Source: Azolla caroliniana
Taxonomy: Eukaryota > Plantae > Polypodiophyta
Direction of reading: 5' to 3'
Assembly: GCA_043228905.1 (NCBI GenBank)
Contig: JBHGNT010000004.1
Location: forward strand, 9,424,001 to 9,488,000
DNA: 64,000 nt
Each line of letters begins with the position of its first letter. The stretch's first letter is position 1. The position numbers were made by a program, and so were the translations under genes. The notes under the pieces are model-generated. The model saw only the letters and a list, made by a program, of their open reading frames with translations. It did not search any database and was not told the origin of the DNA. Positions 22,423 through 35,070 of the stretch are shown here, one piece after another.

Positions 22423-24650
22423 TTGGAGGTCGGATGTGTGCATGTAAATACATATGGGATGCCCAAGCAGAAGGCAGATATTATCATTGATACCTTCGAA
22501 GGGCGCACGAACGATTGGGGGGTCATTATGGGGCCAATGTTACGAGAAGGCCTGCACATGTATCAAGGCCGCAAAAAGCTAAGGCCTATCATACAACAGT
22601 ATCTGATGATACTATATCCACCCCGAGGTCTGCCCACACCACAACCCAGCAAACCCACGCCGCCGCCACAATCCACGAAACGAAGGTTAGCGGAGTTGGC
22701 CACCATAGAGTGGGAGGATGAACCCCAATCAGCCCAACCCAGCATGCGAACAACACAGGAGGAACGGGCGGAGCGCAAGGAGGAAGCTTCACAGGAGCAG
22801 GAAGCCGAGCAACCTCTGGGAAGCCCGAGGCCGAAATGGCGGACGCTAGACAGGAAAGATGGGCGCAAGTTAGTTAAAGACACACTCGCGGCCATAGAGA
22901 CGACCAACATGGTTGACAACTCTGTAGCTACGGAGCCCAACACCACCTTCGAAATAATCCGAGAACCACAACCGATCATTTCGGCCCAGTCACGGCGGGG
23001 GAAAGGCGTATTTACGGCGGAAAGCGAGGTCCTGGCGTATCCGGACATTCCGGACACGGCCCATGAGTTCGGCGCACTATTACAGTTCAGAACTACTTTT
23101 GAACTCATGGAATTTTTGGCAACACAACAAATAAAAGTCTCACAACGAATGGCCGAGGAGCACGCGGCGGAGAGACAAATGAACGAGTGCGCACTAACAC
23201 AAACGGCGGAAATCGATGATGAGGGGCAGCTAGCCAAAGTTGGCAGACAGCGGAACGCCGGTATACGACGAATGGAGATGGAACTATCCCCATTAAACGC
23301 AACCCTCGTTGAGGTTCATAGGGAACTGGCTAAGGTCAGTATCGGCGCCAAGGATATGGCGATTAAAAATAAAAATGTCTGGAAAACGATCAAACAGACC
23401 CAAGCCGAGCTACAAAAGTCCAACGAACGCATCGCGGAGTTGAAACATGACGCGATTACGGCGCAACGGGTAGCTCAACCAACAAACAACGCCGCCAAGG
23501 CCCTGAGAGAAGAAAGCGCAGACCGCCATTGCCTCGAAAGAAAAGAGGGTCGTGCAACTGGGGGAATCAGAGATTGACCGCCTCTGCTCTGAACTTTGCT
23601 AATCCTCTGACAGAGAAAAGGACATCCGGGCCAACGGCCGAAAGGCAGTGAAGACCCTTGAAGAGAAACTCATAATAGAGGCAGCACAGCACACCCGCAT
23701 GAAAGAAGAAAACGCCAAACTACGGGAGGAAGCGCAAAAATAAAAAACATCAATCATAGGACTCCGGGTGTTATTGGAAAAGAAGAAAGCATGGCTCGAC
23801 GAGCAGCTGGTACGGGAACAGGAGAGGAGGCATCAGCTCGAAATCCGCTTGAACAATGAAATGGGAAAGCTAGAGGAATTACATTCGAAGGAATCTCAGC
23901 TATGGGCAGGAATGAGGAGCAATTATGAGGAAGCGGCGGCGGTCAGTAAACAAGAGATCGAAAACCTCAAGAAAACCGTAGAAGAAGCACGCAACCGCTG
24001 CCAAGCAATAACCGACAACGTGCGCATACTTCTTCAAACAAATCGGGAGAGGTTTATGGTGCAATTACAAGAGGCACTAGACAAAGGTTGGATGGCGTGG
24101 GCTGCACAAGCGGCGGAGTTGCATACGTACCGGGCGGACTAGGAGAACCGAAGAAAAGACAACTGAGGTTTCTACAAACTCAATGAGGAAAGCATTGATT
24201 GCGGCAGTATGCGAGGACGTAGCATAGGATTATCGCACTCTAGCGGACCAACACTTCGAGGACCTCACGCAGCTACTAGACGATTTTGGCGAAAGTTAGG
24301 AGGACTTGTTTCACCAAATCATGCAAGTTGGCAGCACGCGACCAAACGCGGAATCCATCGCGGTACCAATACAGGATAATGCCAAACGAGAGGAACCTCA
24401 ACCCACGTCACTAGAAATAACCACTATGGTGGACAGCACGGAACAGCAAGCAGAGCCCCCCGCGATAACAAAAAGTGAGACCGCCAACCAAGAGGAACCC
24501 CAACCCCATTCACCGGAGCGTACAACTACGGCCGACACCACGGAGGAAGTTACGGACGAGACAGAACCTCGACCTACCGAGAGCCCGCCAACGATTGAGC
24601 CAGCCACAATAGCACGGGATGAGCCAACAGAGCCTAGACCGCCCACATAA
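22423..24650 (+). pseudogene. Extra 3' ORF of Gypsy E (globular N-terminus, long coiled coil, Pro/Glu/Thr-rich tail), disrupted
   Basis: ORFs 22423-23577, 23768-24142 and 24306-24650. IIDTFEGRTNDWGVIM resembles IIATYEGVKVDWPVLI in element G. Confidence 0.65.
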
Positions 24651-25303
24651 GAAGCCAACGACACCATGGGAAGCCATATTGAGCCAGTAATGGAACCACG
24701 CAACGACGCGCCTATGGACACTACGCCGTCCCCAGACCCAGACATCGGAGCGGAACCAAACATCCGGGCCATTTTGGAGGAGGATTAAAGGGGTGGGTCC
24801 GACGTGCCATGGCACTATCCCATAGGCATGCCAGGTGTTGTCCACCGGAATAGTAACTGACAGACAGGAGTGTAGAAATATAGAATATAGAAAAAAACGC
24901 AAGTAACACATGTAACGGTTCACGCGGGAAGCGTGAACGGTTAAAAGACCCTATGTATATAAAGGACAGAAATCCTCTGAAGAGGTAGTGTGTAAATTTT
25001 GGGCATAGAGTGTTATGTTAATAGAGTACTATATTCTCTTATTATCGTGCATATCTGTGCTTGATATACTGTGTTTCTGTGATTCTCGATGGCGTATTGT
25101 AAGCGTAAGAGCATAGACGTGAGTGCGTTTACTAGCACACTATCTAGGGAGTTCGGTTGTACCCATCTCCCTTATACGCTACTAGGATACAGGGAAGTAT
25201 CCCATTATGTATTACAGTACGACGTTACCGTTCGTTGCAACGCAGTCACTTTGAGCTTCCTAATCGAAGGACTGACTGTAGACCGTGTTCCTAATCGGTA
25301 ACA

Positions 25304-26190
25304 GTCATCGATCGGGTGCTGGAAATGGATAAACATAGCTCTATGATGACGACGGGAGCCCTGCATATGGCCCTTCCAAATAAGGAGGATCGTGTTACCA
25401 TTGGGGCGCCTGCTATAATTACTCCCCCAGTTTACTGAAGGGCTCAAAACAACGTTCACCGCACCAAATCAGGAGCCGTCACTAGCATTCTTCTCCAATT
25501 CGGAGGAAGGACCGGTAGTGGTGGACACAAGCAACCTGTCCATCATAGTGATTGTTAAAGGCAAAGAGATCACCAGAACCATTATTGACGGTGGTTCAGG
25601 GGTGAACGTCATCAGCAAGGGGACATGTGACACCATGGGAATCCGAGATTGGGAACCGTGCCCATTCTGGCTAAGAATGGCGGATACAAGTTCGGTTCGA
25701 CCAACCGAACTCATCCAGGACTTGGACATCACAATCGGAGGATACGCATTCCGGATATCGGTAGTAGTATTACAACTTAATGTGCAAGGGGGCTATCCCC
25801 TATTGCTAGGAAGACCATGGTTGCGGATGGCACACATAAAACAAAACAAGCAAAAGAATGTAATCACCTTTCGACGAGGAAAGACCAAAGTACGCGTACC
25901 GCCACAGCCACGAGTAGGAACCAGTAAGGAAGTAACCCCCCTATATGCGGAGAGCATCAACATGTTGGACGGGTTAGATGACGAAGAAGTCGACCGTTAC
26001 TTGGAAGAGCACCCGAAGATTGTGCCATTATTTGAGGTAGACATAACTGAAGCCGTCATACCATATGTGATGAACCTGGGAAAGGAATCGGACGAACCGG
26101 ATGAAGAAGAAATCCAGGAGTTATGACAAGCACAAGAATCATTGGAAAGGGAAATGACTATATCCCAAAGAGTAAAAGCATCCCAGCTGA
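25304..26190 (+). pseudogene. Athila/Tat-like gag-protease fragment (element N)
   Basis: IIDGGSGVNVI protease and WEPCPFWLRMADTSSV, homologous to G ORF 38142-39770; truncated at both ends. Confidence 0.85.
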
Positions 26191-29100
26191 GAGTAACGGA
26201 TGCGTTCCCACTACCGTTCAACCATGGGCTCGGGAGACTATGACCGAGAAGGGAGTCGACGCAACCACAGTGGAGCAATTGTTGAAGGAGATGGAGAATC
26301 TGAAAATCGCAATGGTGAAGAAGATAGAAGACCATCCCACAAGTTCCAAGTACATGGACCGTCGATGCATATGGTGCGATAGCACCGAACATGATCGGAG
26401 AGATTGCGACGAGCACAAGGAGGCGTTACAACGGGATCTTATCTACTATGAGGGAAATCGGATCCATTCGATGGACTCTCGGAAGCCACTCCGACCAAAC
26501 TTCCGAAAAGGCGGCATGAAGAAGGTCCTAGAGGAGGAGATCGCGGCGAAAAACAACTATGCGACAACAGCGGGAATACGTGTGGGGGAGTCATCTAGAG
26601 CAAATGCGTCTTTTTGGCCGGAAGTGCTAGAAATTTCGAAGAAAGCCGACCATGATGAAATCCGAAGCACTGCGGAATGTATCCGGGAAGCTATGGGATG
26701 AGAGTGCCCCATAGATAAGAATAGCGTACATGCGCTATGTCAATTGCATGAAGTGTATGTGGATGAAAAACGAAGGCGCACGGATGATGCGGTCGGACCA
26801 TCAAAGGTGTCGGAGAGCTAGAACTCTGAAGGGAAGGGGAAAGGAAAAACAATTCCGGCATTCAAACTCACCTCGGACATCGAACAACAGACGGACCTAA
26901 AGAAGGTGTTTGAAGAGAGAATCCTTTATAGCCAGGTGGAATTTTCGCTTCGGGAATTACTCAGAATAGCAAAGAAGGAGTTCCGCGACCTTCTTGTGGA
27001 TCTCGTGAAGAGAAAAAGACAAACTACGGAGGAGAACGCTCCAAGGGTAAATGTGAACACGATTTTAATGAATGACACTGAAGTGGAGGACGAAATTCCG
27101 AACTCCCACTACACAAGGCCACATTGGGCACGTGCAACTACGAAGACTCTGGTCCGAATCGACACCATCAAAGAGCCCGTGCTAGCATTGATTGATCACG
27201 GATCGCAAATCAATTTGATATCCAAGGAGTAATACCGGAAGGGGAAGTGGCCTATCAATACTAACCATGGATTGAAGATCCAAGCAGCCACTAAAGCAAT
27301 GGAAGATCTATTTGCAGCTTGTCCGAATGTGACAATGAAGATCGGGAATGTCGAGATTGAGCAAAATTTCTTCGTACAAGATGAGGTCTCACATTCCGTG
27401 ATCCTCAGGCAACCCTTTATCAGGGCTTCACGGATGGAGACAAAGGTGATTGATAGCGGTACGGCTTTCGCACGAATTCGGAGCCAAAATGGAGGGAAAT
27501 CCGTCCAATTCCTAACTGTGCCGGCAAATCATGAAAGGAACAAGAGAGAGCTCTTGTCCCAAACAAGGATGAATTTTTAGAGCGGACTATTGCGAAGTGG
27601 GGAAGTGATAGTCCGAGAAGCCCTGGTACCCCACACAGGAAGAAAACTCTCAGAGCAAAACAAGTACGAATCGTTCTAGATGGGATATCTACGTACATGG
27701 CCGTAACCGGAGAAAAGAAGAAAGAATACCAGAAACTAGAGGATAAGTTGAGGTCGGCATTAATAATAAAAGAAGACGAAGAAATCGTGGGGGTAGTCGA
27801 AGAAGTGTTCTATGGGAGCATGCTACAACAGCTTGAAGAGCTTGTGGAGGATAGAAGCCAAGGAGACCGGGTAGTCTCGATGGAATCAGTCGAGATGTAC
27901 AAGATCATTGCGAAAATGGGGCCGGATGCGCTCCACAAAGAAGAAGCAATGGTAAGTACGAAATACAAGACCGTGGAGAAGAAAGTGAAACCAATCGCGG
28001 GACCGTTACCCGCTGATAGCGAGCAAAAGAGGAAAGAAGTCTCGGGAGATCCGACACTTCGGAAGTCCGTGGATATCGGACATGCCTTCACGGATGAGAC
28101 CCGGAAGAAACTTTGGATCGGTGGAGGTGGTTTCCTTTTACAAAATGAAGAAGAACGATTCCGTGGGATGTTGGAACAACATGGGAAAGCATTTGTATTC
28201 ACATCGATGGAGACAGGGTGCGTTGATCCGAAGATAGTGGAGTCGATGGTGATCTTAACGATTGACCATGTGCTGTGGAACCTGAAGCCGATTCCGGTGC
28301 CGCGGGCGCATATTCCAAAAGTCATCGACTTGCTCAAGGAGAAGGTGGCGATGGGGATTCTAGAGCCATCAAATGCTCCGTACTCAAATCTATGGTTTAC
28401 GGTTCCGAAGAAGAATGGGTCACTCCGATTTATCCAAGACTTGCAACCCGTGAACAAAGTCACAATCCGGAACTCCAGAGTCAGTCCGATAGTGGACGAA
28501 TTTGCGGAAGCATTTGCTGGTCATCCGATATACTCCATCAGAGACCTATACTCGGGTATGACCAATTCCAACTATCCGTGGAGAGCCGAGACATCACTAC
28601 CATGTGGACACCGATAGGATTAGTTTGAATGTGCACACTACCACAAGGAGCGACAAACTCGGTTGCACATATGATGAACGCAATGAACAAGGTGCTTCGA
28701 GACTGCATTCCGGAGATAACAATGCCGTTCCTAGATGACATTCCGGTGAAAGGATGCGCGGTGGAAGAAAAAGATGAGATTATGGATGATCGGGGATGCC
28801 AACAGTTTGTAGTCGACCATATTCGCGATTGCAAGAAAGTGCTATGAAAGTTAGAAGATGTGCACCTAACACTTTCTAGTGAGAAATCGGCATTCGGACA
28901 TGAAGAAATATTGGTAGTTAGACATCTATGTGGGCCCTACGGCCGAAGACCGTCACCAACCAAGATCGATGCGATTCAAGCTATGAAAGAAGTATGTGAG
29001 TCACAATCCGAAGTCCGAAGGGTTCTTGGAGCTTGTGCATTTTATCACATATGGATTCCACACTATGCACATATTGCGGACCCACTCTATCACTTGTTGC

Positions 29101-31154
29101 GGAAGGGTAAGAAGTTCAAATGGAGACCGGAACATACTAAAGCCATGAAGAAGCTTAAGAAAATACTACGGAGGGCGGAATCACTTAAGCAGCCGAGCTA
29201 TGACCGACCGATCATAGTAACGGTTGACACGAGTCAAACCGGAATCGAATGGGTCATCAATCAAGCTGACTCGGATGGTTCACGATATCCGATCCGATTC
29301 AGAGCAAAGGTTCTTAACGAAAGGCAACACGGGTATGCACAAGTCAAAAGAGAGTTATGGGGAGTCGTGCCGGCAATCAAATTGGATCGAGATTATTTGA
29401 TCGGAGCCGAAGTAGTGATCAAAACGGATTGTCTTCCGATACTTGGGATGATGTGATGTTGCACGATACCAGATGTGGCTATGCTAAGATGGATTGCATA
29501 TGTTAAGTCGCTTAACCCGGACGTACGACACATCTCCGGAAAAGATAACGTGGTAGCGGATATGCTATCAAGGGCTTAGTTCTGAGACGACATATCTGAA
29601 TCCGATAATGAAGAAGTTTCGGAAGACTACTTTGCTTCAAAGCACATATGCCGATTAAACGTAATCCGAGAATTCCGAGAAGAAGAGTACAAGGGAGAAA
29701 GCTTGATGATCAGGAAGGTGCTACAAGAGATTGAGGAATCACCGTATGATAAAGAGAAGAGAGCCAAGATCCGAAGGAAGAAGAGGCAAGTCCAAAAGTT
29801 CTTCTTGAAAAATGGATTAATATGGAGGGAGCCAAAAAGACCGGATGGCATACCACTTTGGGTAGTCAGGATGAAAGAGCAACGAAACTGGATAATGTCC
29901 GAGTTTCACGAATCTGATTGGGCGGGACATCGAGGAACATGGGCAACTTTTGTGAAAATCAAACAAAAATATTGGTGGAAGAATATGTACAAAGATATAG
30001 CGGAGTTCACGGAGAGCTGCGAGAAGTGTCAAAACTACTTCGAAGTTCGACACCGAGACGAGTTACATCCGACATTGTCACCAACAATCAACTTCAAATG
30101 GATTGTCGACATTGTAGCCATGCCAACTAGGATCGGACAAAAGAAGTACTTGGTGTTAGCTCGGGAAGATCTCATAAACCAAGTAGAAGGTCGAGCGCTA
30201 TGGAGGAAAACGTGTTCTGCGGTATGCCAATTCCTTTTGGAAGAAGTGTTTTGCAAGTACGGGTGCGTAGGAAAAATGATTGCGGATCGGGGAGAACTCG
30301 ACTCTGATAAAGCTAGGGAAGTCTTCATCAAACATGGAGTTCGATTAACACTAACAACGGCATACAATCTAGAGGCCAACGGAAAAATCGAACGAGGACA
30401 TAGTCCAATCGTCAAAGCACTTGCCAAAGCATGCGACAGAAGGGTGAAGGATTGGCCGCAGATGCTCCCGTATGCACTATGGGCGGATCGGACAACGCAT
30501 AGCTCCGTAACCGGTTATATGCCGACTGAACTTATGACTGGACAAGCACCGGTAATGCCGACGGAAACTGCGATCGCAACATGGACAATGCTACCATGGA
30601 AGGAAGAGATGAGCTGGGAAGAACTACTAGCGGTCCAGATACGACAACTAGAGGGAAGACCGGAAGACATAGCGGAAGCAACACGCCAACAACAAGAAGC
30701 GCGATTCAGGAACAAAAGCCTATTCAACACAAAACATCGACTACAACCACGGAAGATTGAAGAAGGAGATTGGGTGATTGTCTATGACAGTAGTCTGGAT
30801 CATCAACATACAACGATACGAAAGTTTGCGAAAAGGTGGTTCGGGCCATACGAGGTTGGAAAAGTTTTCGACAACGGAACTTACCGACTATGCGAGTTGG
30901 ATGGGACGATACTACGAGTGCCTATAGCGGGGAAATGGGTAAAGATCTTCAAGAAGCGGACTGACAACGAACCCTATGTAACCCTAGACAAGACCGACAA
31001 CGAGGAGCAACCAGACAAAGATCGTGGTGATGCGGAAAGCGAAGAAAGTGGTCTACAATTGATGGTTGATATAAGGGAGGAATTGGGTAGTGCTATGGAT
31101 GAAGACGAACAACAGGCATCGGGAACTTCGGCACCCGGGTTTGGAGGGGGCGAG

Positions 31155-31970
31155 TGTCGTAGTGTCATTCGCACACTACGTGAAAATTGCATTTTTGTCC
31201 CTCTGGATGGAATCGGTAAGGAGGAACCGGTGAGAACCGGATGAAGGATGGAATCGGTAAGGAGGAACCGGTGAGAACCGGATGAAGGATGGAATCGGCA
31301 AGGAGGAACCGGTAAGGAGACCCGGTAAGAACGGGATCAAGCAAAACTGGCAAGAGCCGGATAAAGAAGGCCGGTGAGAGTCTCTCACCGGATGAAGACA
31401 CAAATTTGTAAATAAAAGAAAAGATTGTTACATGCATAGGGCAAGATTCGAACCCTATACCTCCTTGTTAACGATTTTTAAGCCTTACCACTATACTAGC
31501 ATATTATAAATTGTAAAGTTATACTAAACTTTATCCCATGTAAATATTCTAGATATGCATGGTACAAAAAGTTATTCATGCATACATACTCGAGTTAAAA
31601 GATGGCATACGTACTAAAGTTAGGAAAAGCATGATGTTTGCATGTGATAAACTTAGACTCTTCGAACACTATATAAGGAAGAGAGAAAGATGTATAGGGG
31701 TTGTTGATTTTTATAAGGTTTGAATAATATAAAATAATCGTGGGATTCACAATTTTACCATCTATTTCTCTCTTACAATCTAAGTATCAATTAATACACT
31801 ATACTCGTGGGATTCACGAGTTTCATATCTTCTTCTTGCAATCTCTTCCTAACTAACATTATCTCATATTCTTCTTTCTCCTAGTCCAAAACCCCAACGG
31901 TTCCCACCCAACTCATGCAAACGATCCAGCGCCGAAAGGCACGAAAACATTGTCGTGAAGGATTACGACC
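31155..31970 (+). repeat. 3' LTR of H with 41-bp tandem repeats (31205-31330)
   Basis: Starts TG right after the PPT; about 3 copies of ggatggaatcggtaaggaggaaccggtgagaaccggatgaa; TATA ~31670. Confidence 0.8.
31435..31505 (-). promoter_or_regulatory. tRNA-like Pol III A-box/B-box module inside LTR H
   Basis: Minus strand TAGTATAGTGG (31488-31498) and GGTTCGAATC (31445-31454), homologous to the module in LTR D. Confidence 0.7.
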
Positions 31971-32299
31971 ATAAAGAGAAATGGACCCAAGTGCACGCCA
32001 ACGGGTGTGTGCACCAATGCACATGAACCAAGTACTAGGTAGTAGGATGTAATGAGGTACGTAAAAGTCACACACCTAGAGAAAGAGATCAAGGAGTGGG
32101 GGGATCTCTGATACCAATCACAATGTAACGGTCTCCCCTTGTGCTATAAAAGGGAAGACTTTAGCCTGTTTTAGGCATCCGGTTTTGGGAGGACGAAGTG
32201 TTGTCGGTTTGTGGGCTGAACTCTCTCTTCTTCTTCTTTTTTGTAAATCAATGTTTGTTATTAAAACAAGATGATAATACAACCCTCGCTATCTTCACT

Positions 32300-32908
32300 A
32301 CTTCATAAATAGTGATAGTGCAAGGGAAACCCTCTCAACTGCTGTAAAACTAGATGACATAAGTCTATCTCCTCTTGGGACAAGATCCCCATACAACATA
32401 GTTTTGAAAATTGCCAAATCAATTTCCCTTTCATCCTACGGAGTTGTTGTGTTATCCCATGAAGTCCATCAAACAAGAACTCATTTCTCATGGTCCAATT
32501 AAACCATATCCCCCAATATCTAAGGTAATCAAAAACCACCTTATATGATGGTGTGGGCATAACTTTATCCTCATCCATATAAACCCATTTATAAAGTGAC
32601 AAAATATTTTCTATTATCGATGCCCAAATTTGTGACATAATCACCCAAATGGCCTATGTCTGGCATCTTCTTCAACCACCGTACAAGAAAAAACATGTCC
32701 CATTCGAAATATGTCTTCGTTTTAAGGTCATCGCCAAAGGCAACCCACCAACTATGGCACGCCAAAGAAACACCATTGCACGGAATGGAAGATGAGGTTG
32801 CCACCCTACATCTAAAACTCTACGCCACCACTTTACATTTCTAGTAATGCTCCATGTATCCAACACCTTATTTGCTAACCAAGCTCTATCTTCAACCAAC
32901 TTATGGTG
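32300..32908 (-). pseudogene. L1 LINE ORF2 C-terminus (zf-RVT)
   Basis: VFLWRAIVGGLPL...CFFC...ED..H and WGIWFNWTMRNEFLF motifs. Confidence 0.8.
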
Positions 32909-35070
32909 TGAGGGAAATAGCGCGGAATATTGCTCGGCCACAACCGAGTCTTGAATCACTTGTCGATGAGAATCAAACACAGAAATGGGAAGTAGGGAGA
33001 TTGGTACGCATACGCACATGCACACAAACAACGATAGAGGATACACAGGATGTTTATGTGGGAAAACCCTAACAGGGAAAAAACCACGGGAGCCCACAGA
33101 CTCCAAAATATCACTAAATGAGAAAGGTACATTCAGAGACTCGGAGGCAACGACCTCGAGCTCTATTTCTTCGCCGAGCGGCGGTTATGACAGAGTATCA
33201 CTCCGTATCTCTCTCTATATATATATAACAGTTATGCACATACAAGAATATGACAATAACCTTACAAAGTGATTGCCCTAAGTCATATTTATACTTATAT
33301 AAACTTAGGGATATTCACAAATATAGCCTCAATAGGCTTACTCAAAACATATTTACAAATATGTCTTCTCTTTCAGTTCTCACCGGGTTCATCTGATCCA
33401 TAACTGGATCCCATCTAGAGGGACCTCCGTGTGGATCTTCGTCAACACGAACTGTTGATCTTCTACTCTCTCTCGGATCTAGTGATACCTCCACTGGATA
33501 TGTTTCGTCCAGGAATGGTAGGCCGCTTTCTTTGAAAGGTGGATGACACTTTGACTGTCGTAGTAGAGCCGGTATTCCTCCTGTTGGATCCCTAACTCTT
33601 CGATGAACTCCTTCATCCAAATTATTTCCTTGCCAGCTTCGACAGCTACCATGTACTCCGCCCGCTTCCGTGGTTGACAACGCAACCATCTTTTGTAGCC
33701 TCGACTACCATGAAACAGCTCCCCCTACATAAGTCATGACATATCCGGATGTAGACCGGCTGGTATCTACATCAGCCGACATATCCGAATCCGTGAATAC
33801 GTCAAGTTGGGGATTACCGAAGCTGAACCGGAGGCACATACTCAAGATGCCTTTCAGATACCGGGGTATCCACTTGACCGCGTTCCAGTGCTCTTTTCCG
33901 AGATTTCTCATGAATCGGCTCACCAGTCCGATTGCATATCCGATATCCGGTCGGGTACATACCATTGTGTACATCAAGCTCCTGACAGCAGAGGCATATG
34001 GTATCTTCATCATATTTGTCTTCTCTGTCTTTGTCCTCGGCCTTTGTTTTCCAGATAGCTTGTAGTTTGCCGGAAGTGTCGATCTGATCGGTTTTGCCTC
34101 CGACATGTTGAACCGTTGAAGTACTTTTGTCACGTACTTCTCCTATGACAACCACAACTACTTTTTCGACCGGTCCCGGATGATGTGCATTCCCAATATC
34201 TGTCTTGCCGGATCCAAGTCTTTCATTGAGAAGGTCCGGTTCAAAGCCTTCTTCAGCATCCAAATTTTGCCTTGGTCTCATCTGACGATCAACATATCAT
34301 CCACATATAGGAGTATCAGCAAATCTCCTCCATCAAAATTCTTCACAAACACGCAGCAATCGGCCTACGTCTTGTGGTACGCTTGGTCAGTCATGAAGGA
34401 GTCGAACTTCTGGTACGATTGTTGGGGGGCTTGCTTTAATCCGTATAAGCTCTTCTTCAGCCGGCACACTAGGTGTTCCTTCCCTTTCTTTTGAAATCCT
34501 TATGGTTGATGCATGTAGATCTCTTTTTGAGGTTGCCATGTAGGAACGCTATCTTGATGTCCAGTTGCTCTACGTTGAGATACAAGCTCAACATTGGCTA
34601 GGTCGGTTGTGCAAGCCGAGAACCGGATCGGTGCGTAAACTGGTGCGCAAACCAGGAGGCTGTTGAACAGATATTCCGCGAGGGAATATATTTGGGAGTT
34701 AGTGAAGCCGCTCAGTTATGAGCATTGAAGTACATGTCAGTACTTTTGTCAGTCTATATGGATTTGTATAAAAGTGCTCTCTAAGCACATCCTATGTACA
34801 AAGTTTACACATTATTCCAATTCAGTTTTTCTGTGTGTTTTTCCCTCTCTGTTTCTCCCGCGTACATTGTGTCTTAAGCTATCCATTAAACTTGTTTTTT
34901 TCTCTATCGGTATTCTGTGTTTCGTATAGCTTCCGCACGTAACATTTCAAATAGTATCAGAGCACGAGGGTTGAGAACCTCTACAGTCAACTTCAGCCCG
35001 AAACAAAAAAAAACCTAATCTTGGTGAAGAACAGAAAGGAAAAAAATTGGATCGAGAAATGGCTAGTTCA

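Larger units (their letters stand above)
17074..25303 (+). mobile_element. Athila/Tat-like Gypsy element E, 3' half (integrase C-terminus, extra ORF, 3' LTR)
   Basis: Integrase tail MPIEFQVP...KLRFRWTDPY...QK|VNGFRLKP is split by Copia F. Extra ORF ~22100-24650, PPT-like ttttggaggagga ~24773-24785, LTR ~24790-25303 with TATA ~24956 and ending taaca. Left LTR boundary is uncertain. Confidence 0.7.
26191..31970 (+). mobile_element. Gypsy element H (same lineage as B and M), 5'-truncated, with 3' LTR
   Basis: Zn knuckle CIWCDSTEHDRRDC, PR ALIDHGSQIN, RT LPQGATNSVAHM/FLDD, RNase H, integrase 29703-31244, PPT ggagggggcgag, LTR from 31155 (tgtcgta) to ~31970 (tacgac). Confidence 0.9.

Noticed and set aside
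31205-31330. CRISPR-like array (also 16493-16617 and 9731-9868)
   Set aside because: Head-to-tail tandem repeats without unique spacers, no cas genes, eukaryotic TE context.
31971-32299. Possible small LTR or PBS (ctctgatacca at ~32106, TATA ~32145)
   Set aside because: No partner repeat, clear termini or TSD found, so it is left unannotated.
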